A stretch of 64,000 nt of DNA from Betaproteobacteria bacterium (GCA_947486575.1 CANKUB010000004.1:22304-86303); one strand, 5' to 3'; counted from the first letter of the stretch, positions 41,712 through 51,455 are shown. Notes: generated by a model from the sequence alone, not told the origin. Numbers and translations: made by a program.

Positions 41712-42797
41712 ATGAACAATCCCGTCACAACCCTTATTCGTGTCCCCGCACTTGCAGTGCTGATCGCCCTGGTCATCGGCATAACCGCTCCCACCGCCAG
41801 CGCGCAAGGTACTTCAGGTACATTGCCGGGCCGCGACGTGCCCGCGCGCACGCTGCCGGTGCCCGCTACGGTCAGCCCGCAGATGCAAAAAATTATTGCA
41901 ACGCCCATCAGCCCCAACTGGCGCACCGTTCCGCAATCGCCCGATGAATGGCGAGCATCGGTTGCCACTGCCGCAGCCGCCGCGGTAAAAAATCTGCCCG
42001 CAATGCGCGACGCGCTCAAAGTCAAAATCGAGCCGATGACCATTGATGGCGTAAAAGCGTTCATGCTGACACCTGCCGTGATCCCGCCGCAAAACCGCAA
42101 TCGCCTGCTGATCCACGTACACGGCGGATGCTTTGTCAGCGGCCCCGGCGAATCCGGCACCAGCGAGGCCACCATGATGGCCGGGTTTGGCGGCTTCAAA
42201 GTGCTGTCGGTCGATTACCGCATGCCACCCGATCACCCGTTCCCCGCAGCGCTCGACGACGTGATGACCATCTGGAAAGCCGCGCAAAAAATGGCCCCCG
42301 CCAAAAACATGGCAGTCATTGGCTCATCGGCTGGCGGCGGACTGACACTCTCGATGGTGCTCAAAGCCAAAATGGACAAGCTGCCGTTGCCTGCGGCCAT
42401 CGCCCCCGGCACGCCGATGTCGGATTTAACCGGTGCAGGCGATTCATTTCAGACTAATGCCTTGATCGACAACGTGCTGATCTCCTACGGCGCGAGCTGC
42501 GACGTGCGCGCGGCGATGTACGCCAATGGCCGCGATCTGAAAGACCCGCTGCTCTCGCCGGTGTACGGCGACATGGCGGGCTTTCCGCCGACGATACTCA
42601 ACACCGGCACCCGCGATCTGCTATTGAGCAACACCGTGCGCGTGCACCGCAATCTGCGGCGCGCCGGTGTGATCGCTGATCTGCATGTGCACGAAGGCCA
42701 GGCGCATGGTGGCTGGTACCGTGATTACACCGCGCCGGAAGCCAAAGAGACGTTTGAGGAGATTGCGCGATTTTTCGACCGGCATTTGGGGAAGTAG
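41712..42797 (+). CDS. Secreted alpha/beta hydrolase (esterase/lipase, HSL-like fold-3 family)
   Basis: Signal peptide, an oxyanion HGGCF block (HGGG-type) and a nucleophile elbow GSSAGG. Confidence 0.75.
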   Translation: MNNPVTTLIRVPALAVLIALVIGITAPTASAQGTSGTLPGRDVPARTLPVPATVSPQMQKIIATPISPNWRTVPQSPDEWRASVATAAAAAVKNLPAMRDALKVKIEPMTIDGVKAFMLTPAVIPPQNRNRLLIHVHGGCFVSGPGESGTSEATMMAGFGGFKVLSVDYRMPPDHPFPAALDDVMTIWKAAQKMAPAKNMAVIGSSAGGGLTLSMVLKAKMDKLPLPAAIAPGTPMSDLTGAGDSFQTNALIDNVLISYGASCDVRAAMYANGRDLKDPLLSPVYGDMAGFPPTILNTGTRDLLLSNTVRVHRNLRRAGVIADLHVHEGQAHGGWYRDYTAPEAKETFEEIARFFDRHLGK

Positions 42798-43015
42798 CTC
42801 TCAGCCCCCTGTTCCCGGCAACGCCAAAATTCAGCGATCGATTTCAATCTGGATGTGAAGCCGCACCGCATTTTAGTCGCGAAGACTTTGCAGGCAATGT
42901 CAGAATTACGTTCGCGGTGACTGACTGATATCACGCATGAGCGGACGCAGTCGCTGATATCGCTCCCAGACGTTCGCATGCTTCCCCTCTGAAGGAAAAG
43001 CGGGAGGCTGCGCCG

Positions 43016-43576
43016 TTAAAAAGGATCGTACACAATGCTGTGCCGCATTAAAACCAGGCGGATAAAATCTATCCAGGGTGGGTCTGGCTCCCAGATCGAC
43101 GTGACATTTTGCCAAGCGAGATCCGGCGAAACGCCTTCATGAATTACCCGATAGAGAAATGTGAAAACAGATGCTCGCTTGTTTACCTGGCAATGAACGA
43201 GCACACGCCTGGATCCTGATTGACTGAGTATGTTGCTGAACAGTTCAAAGTCTTCGTGGCCAGGTTTCCTGAAATCCACAGGTATATTCAGGTAACTGAT
43301 GCCTGTCTTGGCAATTAGCATACCTTCTTCGGGAATAGCGCCGGACGAAGCCGGTGTAGCCAGATTGATGATTAAAGCGTAACCCTTTGCCCTCAACTGC
43401 CCCAGTTGAACCTTCGACGGTTGTCCTGACGTGTGAATCCGCTCTGAAACAGCCACGAAGTTGACAGGCACCTCCTGATTTGGCGGGTACTGATTTTCGG
43501 CTGAACGCGCCGACAAAACCGAATTGAGCATAACAACGGCAGAAACGAGGATAGCGATACAGGTTGTTTTTTTCAT
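43016..43576 (-). CDS. Secreted protein-tyrosine/dual-specificity phosphatase-like protein (DUF442-like)
   Basis: Signal peptide MKKTTCIAILVSAVVML. HCQVNKRAS matches the HCx5R(S/T) P-loop. GGGGAG RBS. GC is lower than in the neighbouring genes. Confidence 0.65.
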   Translation of the reverse strand: MKKTTCIAILVSAVVMLNSVLSARSAENQYPPNQEVPVNFVAVSERIHTSGQPSKVQLGQLRAKGYALIINLATPASSGAIPEEGMLIAKTGISYLNIPVDFRKPGHEDFELFSNILSQSGSRRVLVHCQVNKRASVFTFLYRVIHEGVSPDLAWQNVTSIWEPDPPWIDFIRLVLMRHSIVYDPF

Positions 43577-43690
43577 CCAACGACTCCCCATGCGAACCTC
43601 AGTCGGTTACAGGAATTTTACACACTACTATTTTTGCTGACGGGCGATCGAAGTCAGCCTAATCCTGGCGCGACAGGTCGTCAACCGCGC

Positions 43691-44695
43691 TTAGTCGATC
43701 TGGATGTTTTCCCGTTTGATTACCTCGCCCCACGCGGCCGTCTCGGCGCGGATGCGCACGGCAAACGTCTTCGGGTCCATCAGTTCCACGGCGCCCTGCA
43801 CGCGCAACTGACGTGACGCGTTTGCGTCGTCGCGCATCGACGCGAGTGCGCTGTAGAGCGTTTGTATCACCGGTGCCGGAGTTTGTGCAGGCACCATCAG
43901 GCCCAGCCAGAACGGCACATCGAAGCCTGCGAATCCGGCGTCGATCATCGTCGGCACATCCGGCAGGTCTGGCCAGCGCTTGGCGCTGGTTACGGCCAAT
44001 GCCCGCAACTTTCCGGACTTGATGGTGGGCACCGCCGACGGCGTAGCGAGGTGCGCATCAACTTCGCGCGCGAGCAGCGCAAGGTGTGCTGCCGAACCGC
44101 CCTTGTATGGCACGTGCACCGTACGAATCCCCGCGCGGTTGTTAATCATCTCGAAACCAAGGTGGCCCAGATTGCCGGCACCTGCCGAGCCGTACGTCAA
44201 CTGGCCGGGCCGGGCGCGTGCCAGCGCCACCAGATCCGCGACGGTGTTTACCGATGCCGTGCGCTCGCCGGATGGGTTGATGGTCAGGATGAACGGCGCC
44301 GACACGGACATCGTCAACGCAGCGAAGTCACGCTCGGGCTGATAGGTGATTTTTTTGTAGATCTGCGGGTTAACAGTGATGCCGCTTGAGTTGGTCGCCA
44401 GCAGTGTGTAGCCGTCAGCGGCTGCGCGCGCGGCCTCCGTTGCCCCCAGCACGCCGTTGGCCCCGGGGCGGTTATCGACCACCACCGGCTGTCCGAGCTT
44501 GAGCCGCAGGTGTTCGGCCGATGCGCGCGCGATCGAGTCGGTTGAACTGCCGGGTGGAAAGCCGACAATGATGCGCAGCGGCCTGCCGGGAAACGCCGTG
44601 GTCTGCGCGTGTACCTGTCCGGCAACACTGGCGGCAAGCATCGCCACCGTTGCGGCACGAAGAAAACGTCGGTGGATGTCTGAAGCGCGATTCAT
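43691..44695 (-). CDS. Bug/TctC-family periplasmic substrate-binding protein
   Basis: Signal peptide plus GRPLRIIVGFPPGSSTD block. Confidence 0.85.
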   Translation of the reverse strand: MNRASDIHRRFLRAATVAMLAASVAGQVHAQTTAFPGRPLRIIVGFPPGSSTDSIARASAEHLRLKLGQPVVVDNRPGANGVLGATEAARAAADGYTLLATNSSGITVNPQIYKKITYQPERDFAALTMSVSAPFILTINPSGERTASVNTVADLVALARARPGQLTYGSAGAGNLGHLGFEMINNRAGIRTVHVPYKGGSAAHLALLAREVDAHLATPSAVPTIKSGKLRALAVTSAKRWPDLPDVPTMIDAGFAGFDVPFWLGLMVPAQTPAPVIQTLYSALASMRDDANASRQLRVQGAVELMDPKTFAVRIRAETAAWGEVIKRENIQID

Positions 44696-44888
44696 CAATA
44701 GTCGAGAGTTTGAAGACAGAATGCCCAGTGTATCCCATAACACCGCGACCACGGTTCATCGCTCATGGCCGAATCCGGGCATGGCGCACCGCCTCAACCG
44801 CGTCAAGCGGTAATTGTTCTTGACTTGCACAGGAGTGCGGGTATCGTTTGTGCTAGTCAGTCACGTCATTCCTGGGGAGGATCTATCC

Positions 44889-46640
44889 GTGAAAATCAGC
44901 ACATCAATCTGTGTCGCGTGTATTGTGGTCGCGTCGTCTGTCATGGTTTCTTCGTGTGCGACCGTGCAACAGCCGGACGCTGCAACCTCGATGGATTGGC
45001 CGCTGCATAACTTCGATCTGGCCGGGAGCCGCTTCTCCAGGCTGGATCAGATCAACCCATCCAACGTCAAGACGCTCGCGCCGCGCTGGCTGTTTCAGCA
45101 TGGCGTTATTGATGGCGTCAGTAATCAGACGACGCCGGTCGTCGTCAATGGAACGATGTACGTGACTGATTCCCGCGGCAGCGTCTACGCGGTTGATGCG
45201 GCCGATGGACATTTGCGCTGGATATTTGACGTTACCCAATTGATCGGCGGGCGAGGGTGCCGGGCGGGACTGGATTGCTACGTTTTTCGCAACCGTGGCG
45301 TTACCTATGCGGACGGTGTGATTTACACCGCAGCGGGTTCGTTTATTTTTGCGCTTGATGCCAGGACTGGTGCGCCGATCAAAGGCTTTGGCAAGGACGG
45401 TCAGGCCAGCACCATACTCGACGTACTGAGGCTGCGCTTTCCTAATGTGAAGGACGCCATCAGTATGGGTTACTGGTTCACCACGCCGCCCCAGGTACAC
45501 AATGGCGTGTTGTATGCGGTCAGCACCCGCAGCGAAAGCCACATCCCCGGCGGACATGTGATTGCCGTGGATGCCAAAAGCGGCAAGGTGCTTTGGCATT
45601 TCAACACTGTCCCGCAAGACGCACGTGATCAGGGCTGGGAAATTGCAGGGCCCACCTGGGTCGGCGGTGAACGTCACGGCGGCGGTATCTGGGAAACGCC
45701 GTCAATCGACCCTGAACTGGGATTGCTGTATGTGGCCGTTGGCAATCCGTTCGGTGACAGCACCAAGCGCGCCGGCATCAACCTATTCACGGATTCGATC
45801 GTCGCGCTCGAGCTTGGCACCGGCAAATTACGGTGGCACTACCAGCAAACCCACCATGACGTGTGGGATTACGATTCCGGCAACCCGCCGATCCTGTTTG
45901 ACATGACTGTTAACGGGCAGCGTGTCAAAGCGCTGGCCGAAGCCAGCAAGAACGGGTTTCTCTACATCCTGAATCGCGAGACCGGGCAGCCCGTACACCC
46001 GATCAAGGAAATGCCGGTGCCCACTGAAACATCGCGCGCGGGTGAGCAACCTTGGCCGACGCAGCCGATTCCGTTTACCGCAAAGGGCGAGCCGATGCAG
46101 CCGGTGAGCCCGGTATTTCCGATCGATATTCCGCCAGAGAGCATGGTGGGCAAAACGCTGGTGCCGATGTTTACACCGCCGGGCCCGAACCAGATTCGTG
46201 CCCCTGGCTTCGGCGGCGGCGGCAACTACGGCCCGCTGTCCTACAGCCCACTCACGGGGCTGCTGTATGTAACAGCCATCGACAGCCCGTTTGGCGTGAC
46301 CAACCGCCCGCCCAAAGGTTACGTCTCTGCATACGATCCGACGACCGGTGAGTTGGTGTGGCGGAAAATTTTTGACGGATGGGCGCAAGCCGGATCCGTG
46401 GTCACCGCCAGCGGCCTGCTGTTTGTCGGCAGCGGCAGCAACACGGCGGGCTATTTCTACGCCTATGACGCGAAAACCGGCGAAGAACTGTGGAAGTTCA
46501 ATACCGGTGCAGGCATATTTTCTTCGCCTGCGATATACAGATTGAACGGCGAGGACTTCGTTACCGTTGCATCGGGCGGCGGTGATAGAGGACGCCGGGG
46601 TGGTGACCTGATACTGAGTTTTGCGTTGCCCAAGCGATGA
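44889..46640 (+). CDS. PQQ-dependent dehydrogenase (quinoprotein beta-propeller), probable lipoprotein
   Basis: GTG at 44889 after a GGGGAGGA RBS. Lipobox-like MVSSC. Repeated W-containing propeller motifs (…GTMYVTD…VYAVDAADGHLRW…). Confidence 0.8.
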   Translation: MKISTSICVACIVVASSVMVSSCATVQQPDAATSMDWPLHNFDLAGSRFSRLDQINPSNVKTLAPRWLFQHGVIDGVSNQTTPVVVNGTMYVTDSRGSVYAVDAADGHLRWIFDVTQLIGGRGCRAGLDCYVFRNRGVTYADGVIYTAAGSFIFALDARTGAPIKGFGKDGQASTILDVLRLRFPNVKDAISMGYWFTTPPQVHNGVLYAVSTRSESHIPGGHVIAVDAKSGKVLWHFNTVPQDARDQGWEIAGPTWVGGERHGGGIWETPSIDPELGLLYVAVGNPFGDSTKRAGINLFTDSIVALELGTGKLRWHYQQTHHDVWDYDSGNPPILFDMTVNGQRVKALAEASKNGFLYILNRETGQPVHPIKEMPVPTETSRAGEQPWPTQPIPFTAKGEPMQPVSPVFPIDIPPESMVGKTLVPMFTPPGPNQIRAPGFGGGGNYGPLSYSPLTGLLYVTAIDSPFGVTNRPPKGYVSAYDPTTGELVWRKIFDGWAQAGSVVTASGLLFVGSGSNTAGYFYAYDAKTGEELWKFNTGAGIFSSPAIYRLNGEDFVTVASGGGDRGRRGGDLILSFALPKR

Positions 46641-47608
46641 AGTTGCATGTCTTACAGCTTTCAACCGCAGCCGCGGTGCTCGGCTGTGCGGGCGCGCCGT
46701 GGGCACAGCCCGCATTCCCAACCAAGCCGCTGCGCATGATCGTTGCCTTCCCCGCTGGCGGCCCCACCGATCTTCAGGCACGTCTGATCGCGCGCAAGCT
46801 CACCGATGCGCTCGCCCAGCCGGTGGTGGTGGATAACCGCGGTGGCGCGGGCGGTGTGATCGGCGCGGAGCTCGCGGCCAAGGCACCACCCGATGGCCAC
46901 ACGATGTTCTTTGCCAGCATTAGCGTGGTGATGGCGCCGCTGCTGATGCAAAAGCCGCCCGTCGACGCCGTGCGCGATTTCGCCTCCATCGGCATGGTCT
47001 CCACCAACCCGTATGTGATGCTGGTCCATCCCTCGCTGCCGGTGAAAACGCTGCGGGACTTTGTGGCGCTGGCAAAAGCACGCCCCGGACAAATGAACTA
47101 TTCCTCCTCCGGTACTGGCACGCCGCCCCACCTGGGCGTCGAACTGCTGAAGCTCGCCGCAGGCCTATCGATCACCCACATCCCGCACAAAGGGGCCGGG
47201 CCCGCGCTCACCGATTTGCTGGCGGGCCACGTGGCGATGGTGTGGATGAACCCGCTGACCGCACTGCCGCAACATCGCAGCGGCAAGGCGCGCGCGCTGG
47301 CGGTAACCACCCTGCGGCGCTCACCCGCCGCGCCGGAAATTCCGACGCTGGCCGAAGGCGGCGTGAACGGCGTGGATGTAGGCTCATGGTTCGCCATGCT
47401 CGCGCCCGTGGGCACGGCAAAAGACATCACCGCACGCCTGCACAGCGAAATCACACGGTCAGTCAGCGCGCCCGATTCAAGGGCGCGGCTCGATGCCGAC
47501 GGCTCGGAACCCTTCAGCATGCCGCCGGAGGAAACCGCCGCCTTTATTCGCAATGAAGTGGTGAAATGGCAAAAGGTGGTGAAAGCCATTAACCTTCGTA
47601 TTGAATGA
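46637..47608 (+). CDS. Bug/TctC-family periplasmic substrate-binding protein
   Basis: Signal peptide plus TKPLRMIVAFPAGGPTD block. Overlaps the stop of the PQQ dehydrogenase gene. Confidence 0.85.
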   Translation: MKLHVLQLSTAAAVLGCAGAPWAQPAFPTKPLRMIVAFPAGGPTDLQARLIARKLTDALAQPVVVDNRGGAGGVIGAELAAKAPPDGHTMFFASISVVMAPLLMQKPPVDAVRDFASIGMVSTNPYVMLVHPSLPVKTLRDFVALAKARPGQMNYSSSGTGTPPHLGVELLKLAAGLSITHIPHKGAGPALTDLLAGHVAMVWMNPLTALPQHRSGKARALAVTTLRRSPAAPEIPTLAEGGVNGVDVGSWFAMLAPVGTAKDITARLHSEITRSVSAPDSRARLDADGSEPFSMPPEETAAFIRNEVVKWQKVVKAINLRIE

Positions 47609-48191
47609 CAGAATTACAAAAATAGAAATTTGTGATCGCGGGACCTGTCGCCTATTTTTGCGGAACCTCATCTTGCCTCTCTATCCAGACCTCGCGCACG
47701 CCATCGACACTCTCAGCTACGAGGGCTTTGCCGTGCTGCCCGCATATCTCGACCGCAACGGTCACATGAACATCGGCTATTACTCGGTGATCTTCGATCA
47801 GGCGCTGGACCTGCCGTGGCCGCTGCTGGGGCTGGGGTACGACAATATCGGCCAGGATGGGCGCAGCGGCCACAGTACGTTTGCGCTGGAAAGCCACGTC
47901 ACCTACCAGCGCGAAGTGCGCGAGGGCGACCCGCTCGACTTCACTTTTCAGATCATCGACATCGACGCCAAACGCATTCACTACTTTATGACCATGCTGC
48001 ACCGGCGTGAGCGCTGGCTCGCGGCGACGCTGGAATCCATCTCGATGTGCATCAACATGACTACCCGGCGCAGCGCCCCGTGGCCCGACGAACCGGCTGC
48101 GCGCCTGCGTGTGGTGTACGAGGCGCATCGGCAGCGCCCGCGGCCCGCGGAGGTTGGGCGAACGGTAGGCATTCGGCGTAACGCAGCTTAA
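47601..48191 (+). CDS. Hotdog-fold thioesterase-like protein
   Basis: The YLDRNGHMNIGYY block is typical of 4HBT/YbgC-like thioesterases. The start is uncertain. Confidence 0.6.
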   Translation: MNDRITKIEICDRGTCRLFLRNLILPLYPDLAHAIDTLSYEGFAVLPAYLDRNGHMNIGYYSVIFDQALDLPWPLLGLGYDNIGQDGRSGHSTFALESHVTYQREVREGDPLDFTFQIIDIDAKRIHYFMTMLHRRERWLAATLESISMCINMTTRRSAPWPDEPAARLRVVYEAHRQRPRPAEVGRTVGIRRNAA

Positions 48192-48265
48192 GCGGCGGTG
48201 CAGACCGGCATGCCCTGCGCTATGATCAACATCTTTAAATCCATTGTGTTTTTCGGGAATTCACC

Positions 48266-49066
48266 ATGCAAGTTGTTTCCAGCCTCGATGTTGCCGCGCT
48301 GAAGCGCGAGATTACGCTGCCGATGGGCGGCGGCAAAGCCACCAAGACGTTGTACCTGGGTACGTGGGAGAAACCGCGAACGCCCGAGCCCGGCGTCTCG
48401 CCGCAGGCTTACACCGTGCGACAGGAACACCAGAACATCACCCACGCGCATTACCACCAGACGGAACAGTGGCAAGTCATCGTCAAGGGCACGGGTAAGC
48501 TGGGGCGCGCCAACGTGGCGCCCGTGGCACTGCATTTTACCGACCCGTATACCGCGTACGGCCCCATCGTGCCGGAACTGGAAGGCGTAACCTACTTCAC
48601 CCTGCGCGCCCGCTCCGACCCCGGCGCCTGCATGCTGGCCGCCCCTGGTGTCAAGGAGGCAATCCGCCCATCGAAACGGCGCTTTATTCTCAAGGGCGCA
48701 AGCGAACTGCGTATCGGCACACCCGAAGCGATGCGCGCGCGCGAAGAAACCGCGCTGGATGTCATCGTTGAACAGCATACGGATGGACTCGCCGCCTGGA
48801 TGCTGCGCTTGCCGCCGGGCGCGCCAGCCGCATGGCCTGCGGAATGCGGCGGCGCCGGACGTCATCTGATGGTTGCTGCGGGGACACTGATACACGAAGG
48901 CAAGCCGTTGCCCTACGAATCGCTGGCATTCGCCTGCGCTGGCGAGGGCGGACCGGACGCAAGCGCCGGACCGGAAGGCGCTGAAGTGCTGATCATGCAG
49001 TATCCGCAGCCGGATCCGACATTGCTCGATGGGGTATCGGCGCCCTATTCGACGGACGGACGCTGA
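48266..49066 (+). CDS. Hypothetical protein, possibly bicupin-like
   Basis: HAHYHQTEQWQVIVKG resembles a cupin metal-binding motif. I recognise no firm family. Confidence 0.4.
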   Translation: MQVVSSLDVAALKREITLPMGGGKATKTLYLGTWEKPRTPEPGVSPQAYTVRQEHQNITHAHYHQTEQWQVIVKGTGKLGRANVAPVALHFTDPYTAYGPIVPELEGVTYFTLRARSDPGACMLAAPGVKEAIRPSKRRFILKGASELRIGTPEAMRAREETALDVIVEQHTDGLAAWMLRLPPGAPAAWPAECGGAGRHLMVAAGTLIHEGKPLPYESLAFACAGEGGPDASAGPEGAEVLIMQYPQPDPTLLDGVSAPYSTDGR

Positions 49067-49150
49067 TTTTTCGATTGTGGGTACGATATGAAAGACCCCC
49101 TCCCTGCCTGCTCCCTCGGGCCTTTAAAGTTTTGTGAATAGGTGGTCAAC

Positions 49151-49873
49151 ATGAAAATAGAAACGCTTAGCATCTCGAATTTTAGAGGGATAACAGATGT
49201 TCGCCTAGAGAATTTGGGAAACATGGTGATCATTGCAGGTCAAAATGGGTCGGGAAAATCATGCATATTCGACGCGATTAGACTTTTGAAGTCGCTATAT
49301 GGCGGCTACCAAGCCAATGAATGGCAACAATGGATGGGCGAATTCCAAATTAGCTTGACGAATCGCGCGAGCGACTTTGCCCTAATGATGAACGATGTAA
49401 CTCGTGAACTCCGAGTGTCCTGTGATTTTCGCTTAGCTAATGAAGAGCGCGCATATATTCAGTCCCACGCTGATGAATTACTAAGAGACGAAATTTCTGA
49501 CTATGCAAACAGAACATTGGTAAGTGCGATAGATACCGGAACTGATCCAAAAGGCTCAGACTTAGCCAGTCTGTTGTTTACAGCAATAGAAAATTCTGCG
49601 GCAAGATTGGAAAAAGCAAGAACAAAACATCTCAGCAAGAACGCTTTGATTGAACAGGCGGAGAAAATAAATGCCAAATATGTTGAGGGACTAGCAAATG
49701 GGACATGGACGTCCATTTTTCGAGGGCGCGACGTATTGAAGCGATTTGCGGGAAAGCACGCCCCTTCTATCTCTTACGAAGTGTTCCGCAATCTAGTGCT
49801 CTCTAAAATGAAGGATGACGGTTATCGCCCGGAGGGCATGGAATCAGTGGTAAAAAAAATCCTTACTTCGTGA
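49151..49873 (+). pseudogene. N-terminal fragment of an AAA/SMC-like ATPase (AAA_15/AAA_23-type); no Walker B or signature region seen
   Basis: MKIETLSISNFRGI… and a Walker A GQNGSGKS. The ORF stops after 240 aa with no C-terminal ATPase half. GC is markedly lower. AGGTGG RBS. Confidence 0.5.
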
Positions 49874-49906
49874 ATGTAGAGCAAATAGGGTCAGACACGA
49901 TATATC

Positions 49907-49926
49907 GTAACTATTTGTTTTTATTA
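49907..49926 (-). repeat. AT-rich dispersed motif copy
   Basis: The reverse complement TAATAAAAACAAATAGTTAC matches 19/20. It lies between the AAA-ATPase fragment and the GST gene. Confidence 0.85.
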
Positions 49927-49995
49927 ATATATTTTCAGAAACGCATCGTATAGCATCGCGCCCAAGGACGACGTGTTGGCAGACGCCTGATCCCA

Positions 49996-50616
49996 CTAGT
50001 TTCGCGGCGGCGGCAAAGTCTCCACGATGGAGGCGTAGCCGCCCATGCGCTCGACCCAGGCGCGCAGGTTTGGGCGGCCGTCCTGCCAGCGAAATCCTTG
50101 CGGGCGGTCGTTCGTGCGGCCGTGGAGGGCGCAAGCGAGTGTGATTTGCGCCATGTTCAGGGGGCCGGAGAGTACCTTGCCCTGCACTTCCTTCTCGAAC
50201 ACATCGGCAAGACGCAGGGCGCGCGCCTGCTCGTGCGCGATGATCGTCGCGGAGCGGATTTCCGCTTCCCGGTAAAGATACTCGCGCCCCCACAGGCTGA
50301 GCCCGTCGAGCATGCTGCGCGCTGTCGCCTCGATGCGCCGATGCTCAAGCCCCGCCATGCCTGCCGGCGGATGCAGGGTCGGGGCACCGTCGAGATGATC
50401 CATGAACCAGCAGACAAGCGTCGAATCCTCCAACACGGCCCCGTCATTGAGGATCAACGACGGCACCCGGCCGGATGGATTGACTGCGTAGTACGGATTG
50501 TCAGCGCCCCGCGTCTTCAGCGGATGGAGGGCGATGCGGTCCGCCAATCCCTTTTCGAGGCGGACGATCCGGGCGATGCGGCCGTACGGGCTGGTGAGCG
50601 AGGTATAGAGCTTCAT
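49996..50616 (-). CDS. Glutathione S-transferase family protein
   Basis: MKLYTSLTSPYGR… thioredoxin-like N-terminal domain (RVPSL) and a helical C-terminal domain. Confidence 0.75.
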   Translation of the reverse strand: MKLYTSLTSPYGRIARIVRLEKGLADRIALHPLKTRGADNPYYAVNPSGRVPSLILNDGAVLEDSTLVCWFMDHLDGAPTLHPPAGMAGLEHRRIEATARSMLDGLSLWGREYLYREAEIRSATIIAHEQARALRLADVFEKEVQGKVLSGPLNMAQITLACALHGRTNDRPQGFRWQDGRPNLRAWVERMGGYASIVETLPPPRN

Positions 50617-50650
50617 GGTGCGCTGCTGATCCTTCCAAGGAGCGACATAA

Positions 50651-50971
50651 CTAAAGGGGCCAGGCTCGAATTTCCCACTCACGCGGCAGATCGCCCGCCG
50701 CCACCGTATCCACGCGCATCGGTAAATCACTTTCGCTAAACGCTTCCCTGAGCGCATAAGCCTGATGAGGCTTCAGTGGAGGGCCTTCCAACGCCAGATC
50801 AAGGTCCGAGTGCGGCTTCAGGCGTGCGCGATCCGCAGCATCTAACACGACGCGCGATCCAAACACATAGGCACGGTGATGTGGGGCGTGGGTTCGCAAC
50901 ACGGCACGCACCAGCGCCAGGTGCTTGGGTGCCAGCATGAGTTTGCCACCTTTTTTTGCAACGCGGATCAT
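50651..50971 (-). CDS. Minimal nucleotidyltransferase (MNT/MntA-like antitoxin)
   Basis: The GSRV…(x)…DLDLAL pattern of Pol-beta-fold NTases. The ATGA overlaps the upstream HEPN gene. An alternative start lies at 50938. Confidence 0.8.
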   Translation of the reverse strand: MIRVAKKGGKLMLAPKHLALVRAVLRTHAPHHRAYVFGSRVVLDAADRARLKPHSDLDLALEGPPLKPHQAYALREAFSESDLPMRVDTVAAGDLPREWEIRAWPL

Positions 50972-51372
50972 TTGGCGGCCTTGGCCAGACGCGCATGCAG
51001 TTCCTGCGCATCACGCAGAAAGCGGCTTAGCCCGCCAAAGACCTTTCTGGCTTTAGCCGGATCATAAACGTGACTGGTTATATTGCGCAGCTCGCGATAA
51101 CCAAACCAGGCAGTTTCGGATTTAATCAGCCCGCGTTCGATACCCATGCGTATCATGTCGCGATAACCCAGCGCATCGATTTCCGAAGGTGAGTCGGACA
51201 TGGCGGTTAACTGCCGCCGCAATGATTTGACACACAATTCATAGGTGTATTCAAAGCGTTGAATCGATGCATCGCGCACATACTCGTCCTTCGGGCGCAG
51301 CTTGGCGGCGTCCAGCGCTTTTGCGAGCGTGGCAATTGCCTTGCGTAACGATGTAAAGTCGAGCCGATTCAT
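50968..51372 (-). CDS. HEPN-domain protein (HI0074 / NTase substrate-binding family, HepT-like toxin)
   Basis: RNITSH matches the Rx4-6H HEPN motif. The protein is helical and about 134 aa long. Confidence 0.8.
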   Translation of the reverse strand: MNRLDFTSLRKAIATLAKALDAAKLRPKDEYVRDASIQRFEYTYELCVKSLRRQLTAMSDSPSEIDALGYRDMIRMGIERGLIKSETAWFGYRELRNITSHVYDPAKARKVFGGLSRFLRDAQELHARLAKAAK

Positions 51373-51435
51373 GGCGCTATTTTGCAGAATATCAGGTGAT
51401 TAATCCAGGGTGGCAAGGGCGACAGTCAGTATAAC

Positions 51436-51455
51436 GCAAGTATTTGTTTTTATTG
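51436..51455 (-). repeat. AT-rich dispersed motif copy
   Basis: The reverse complement CAATAAAAACAAATACTTGC matches 18/20. It lies upstream of the HEPN gene. Confidence 0.8.

Noticed and set aside
42831-42920. A possible remnant of a Bug gene 3' end. The reverse strand reads …RLKCGAASHPD*, vaguely like Bug C-termini.
   Set aside because: The similarity is too short and weak to support a pseudogene call.
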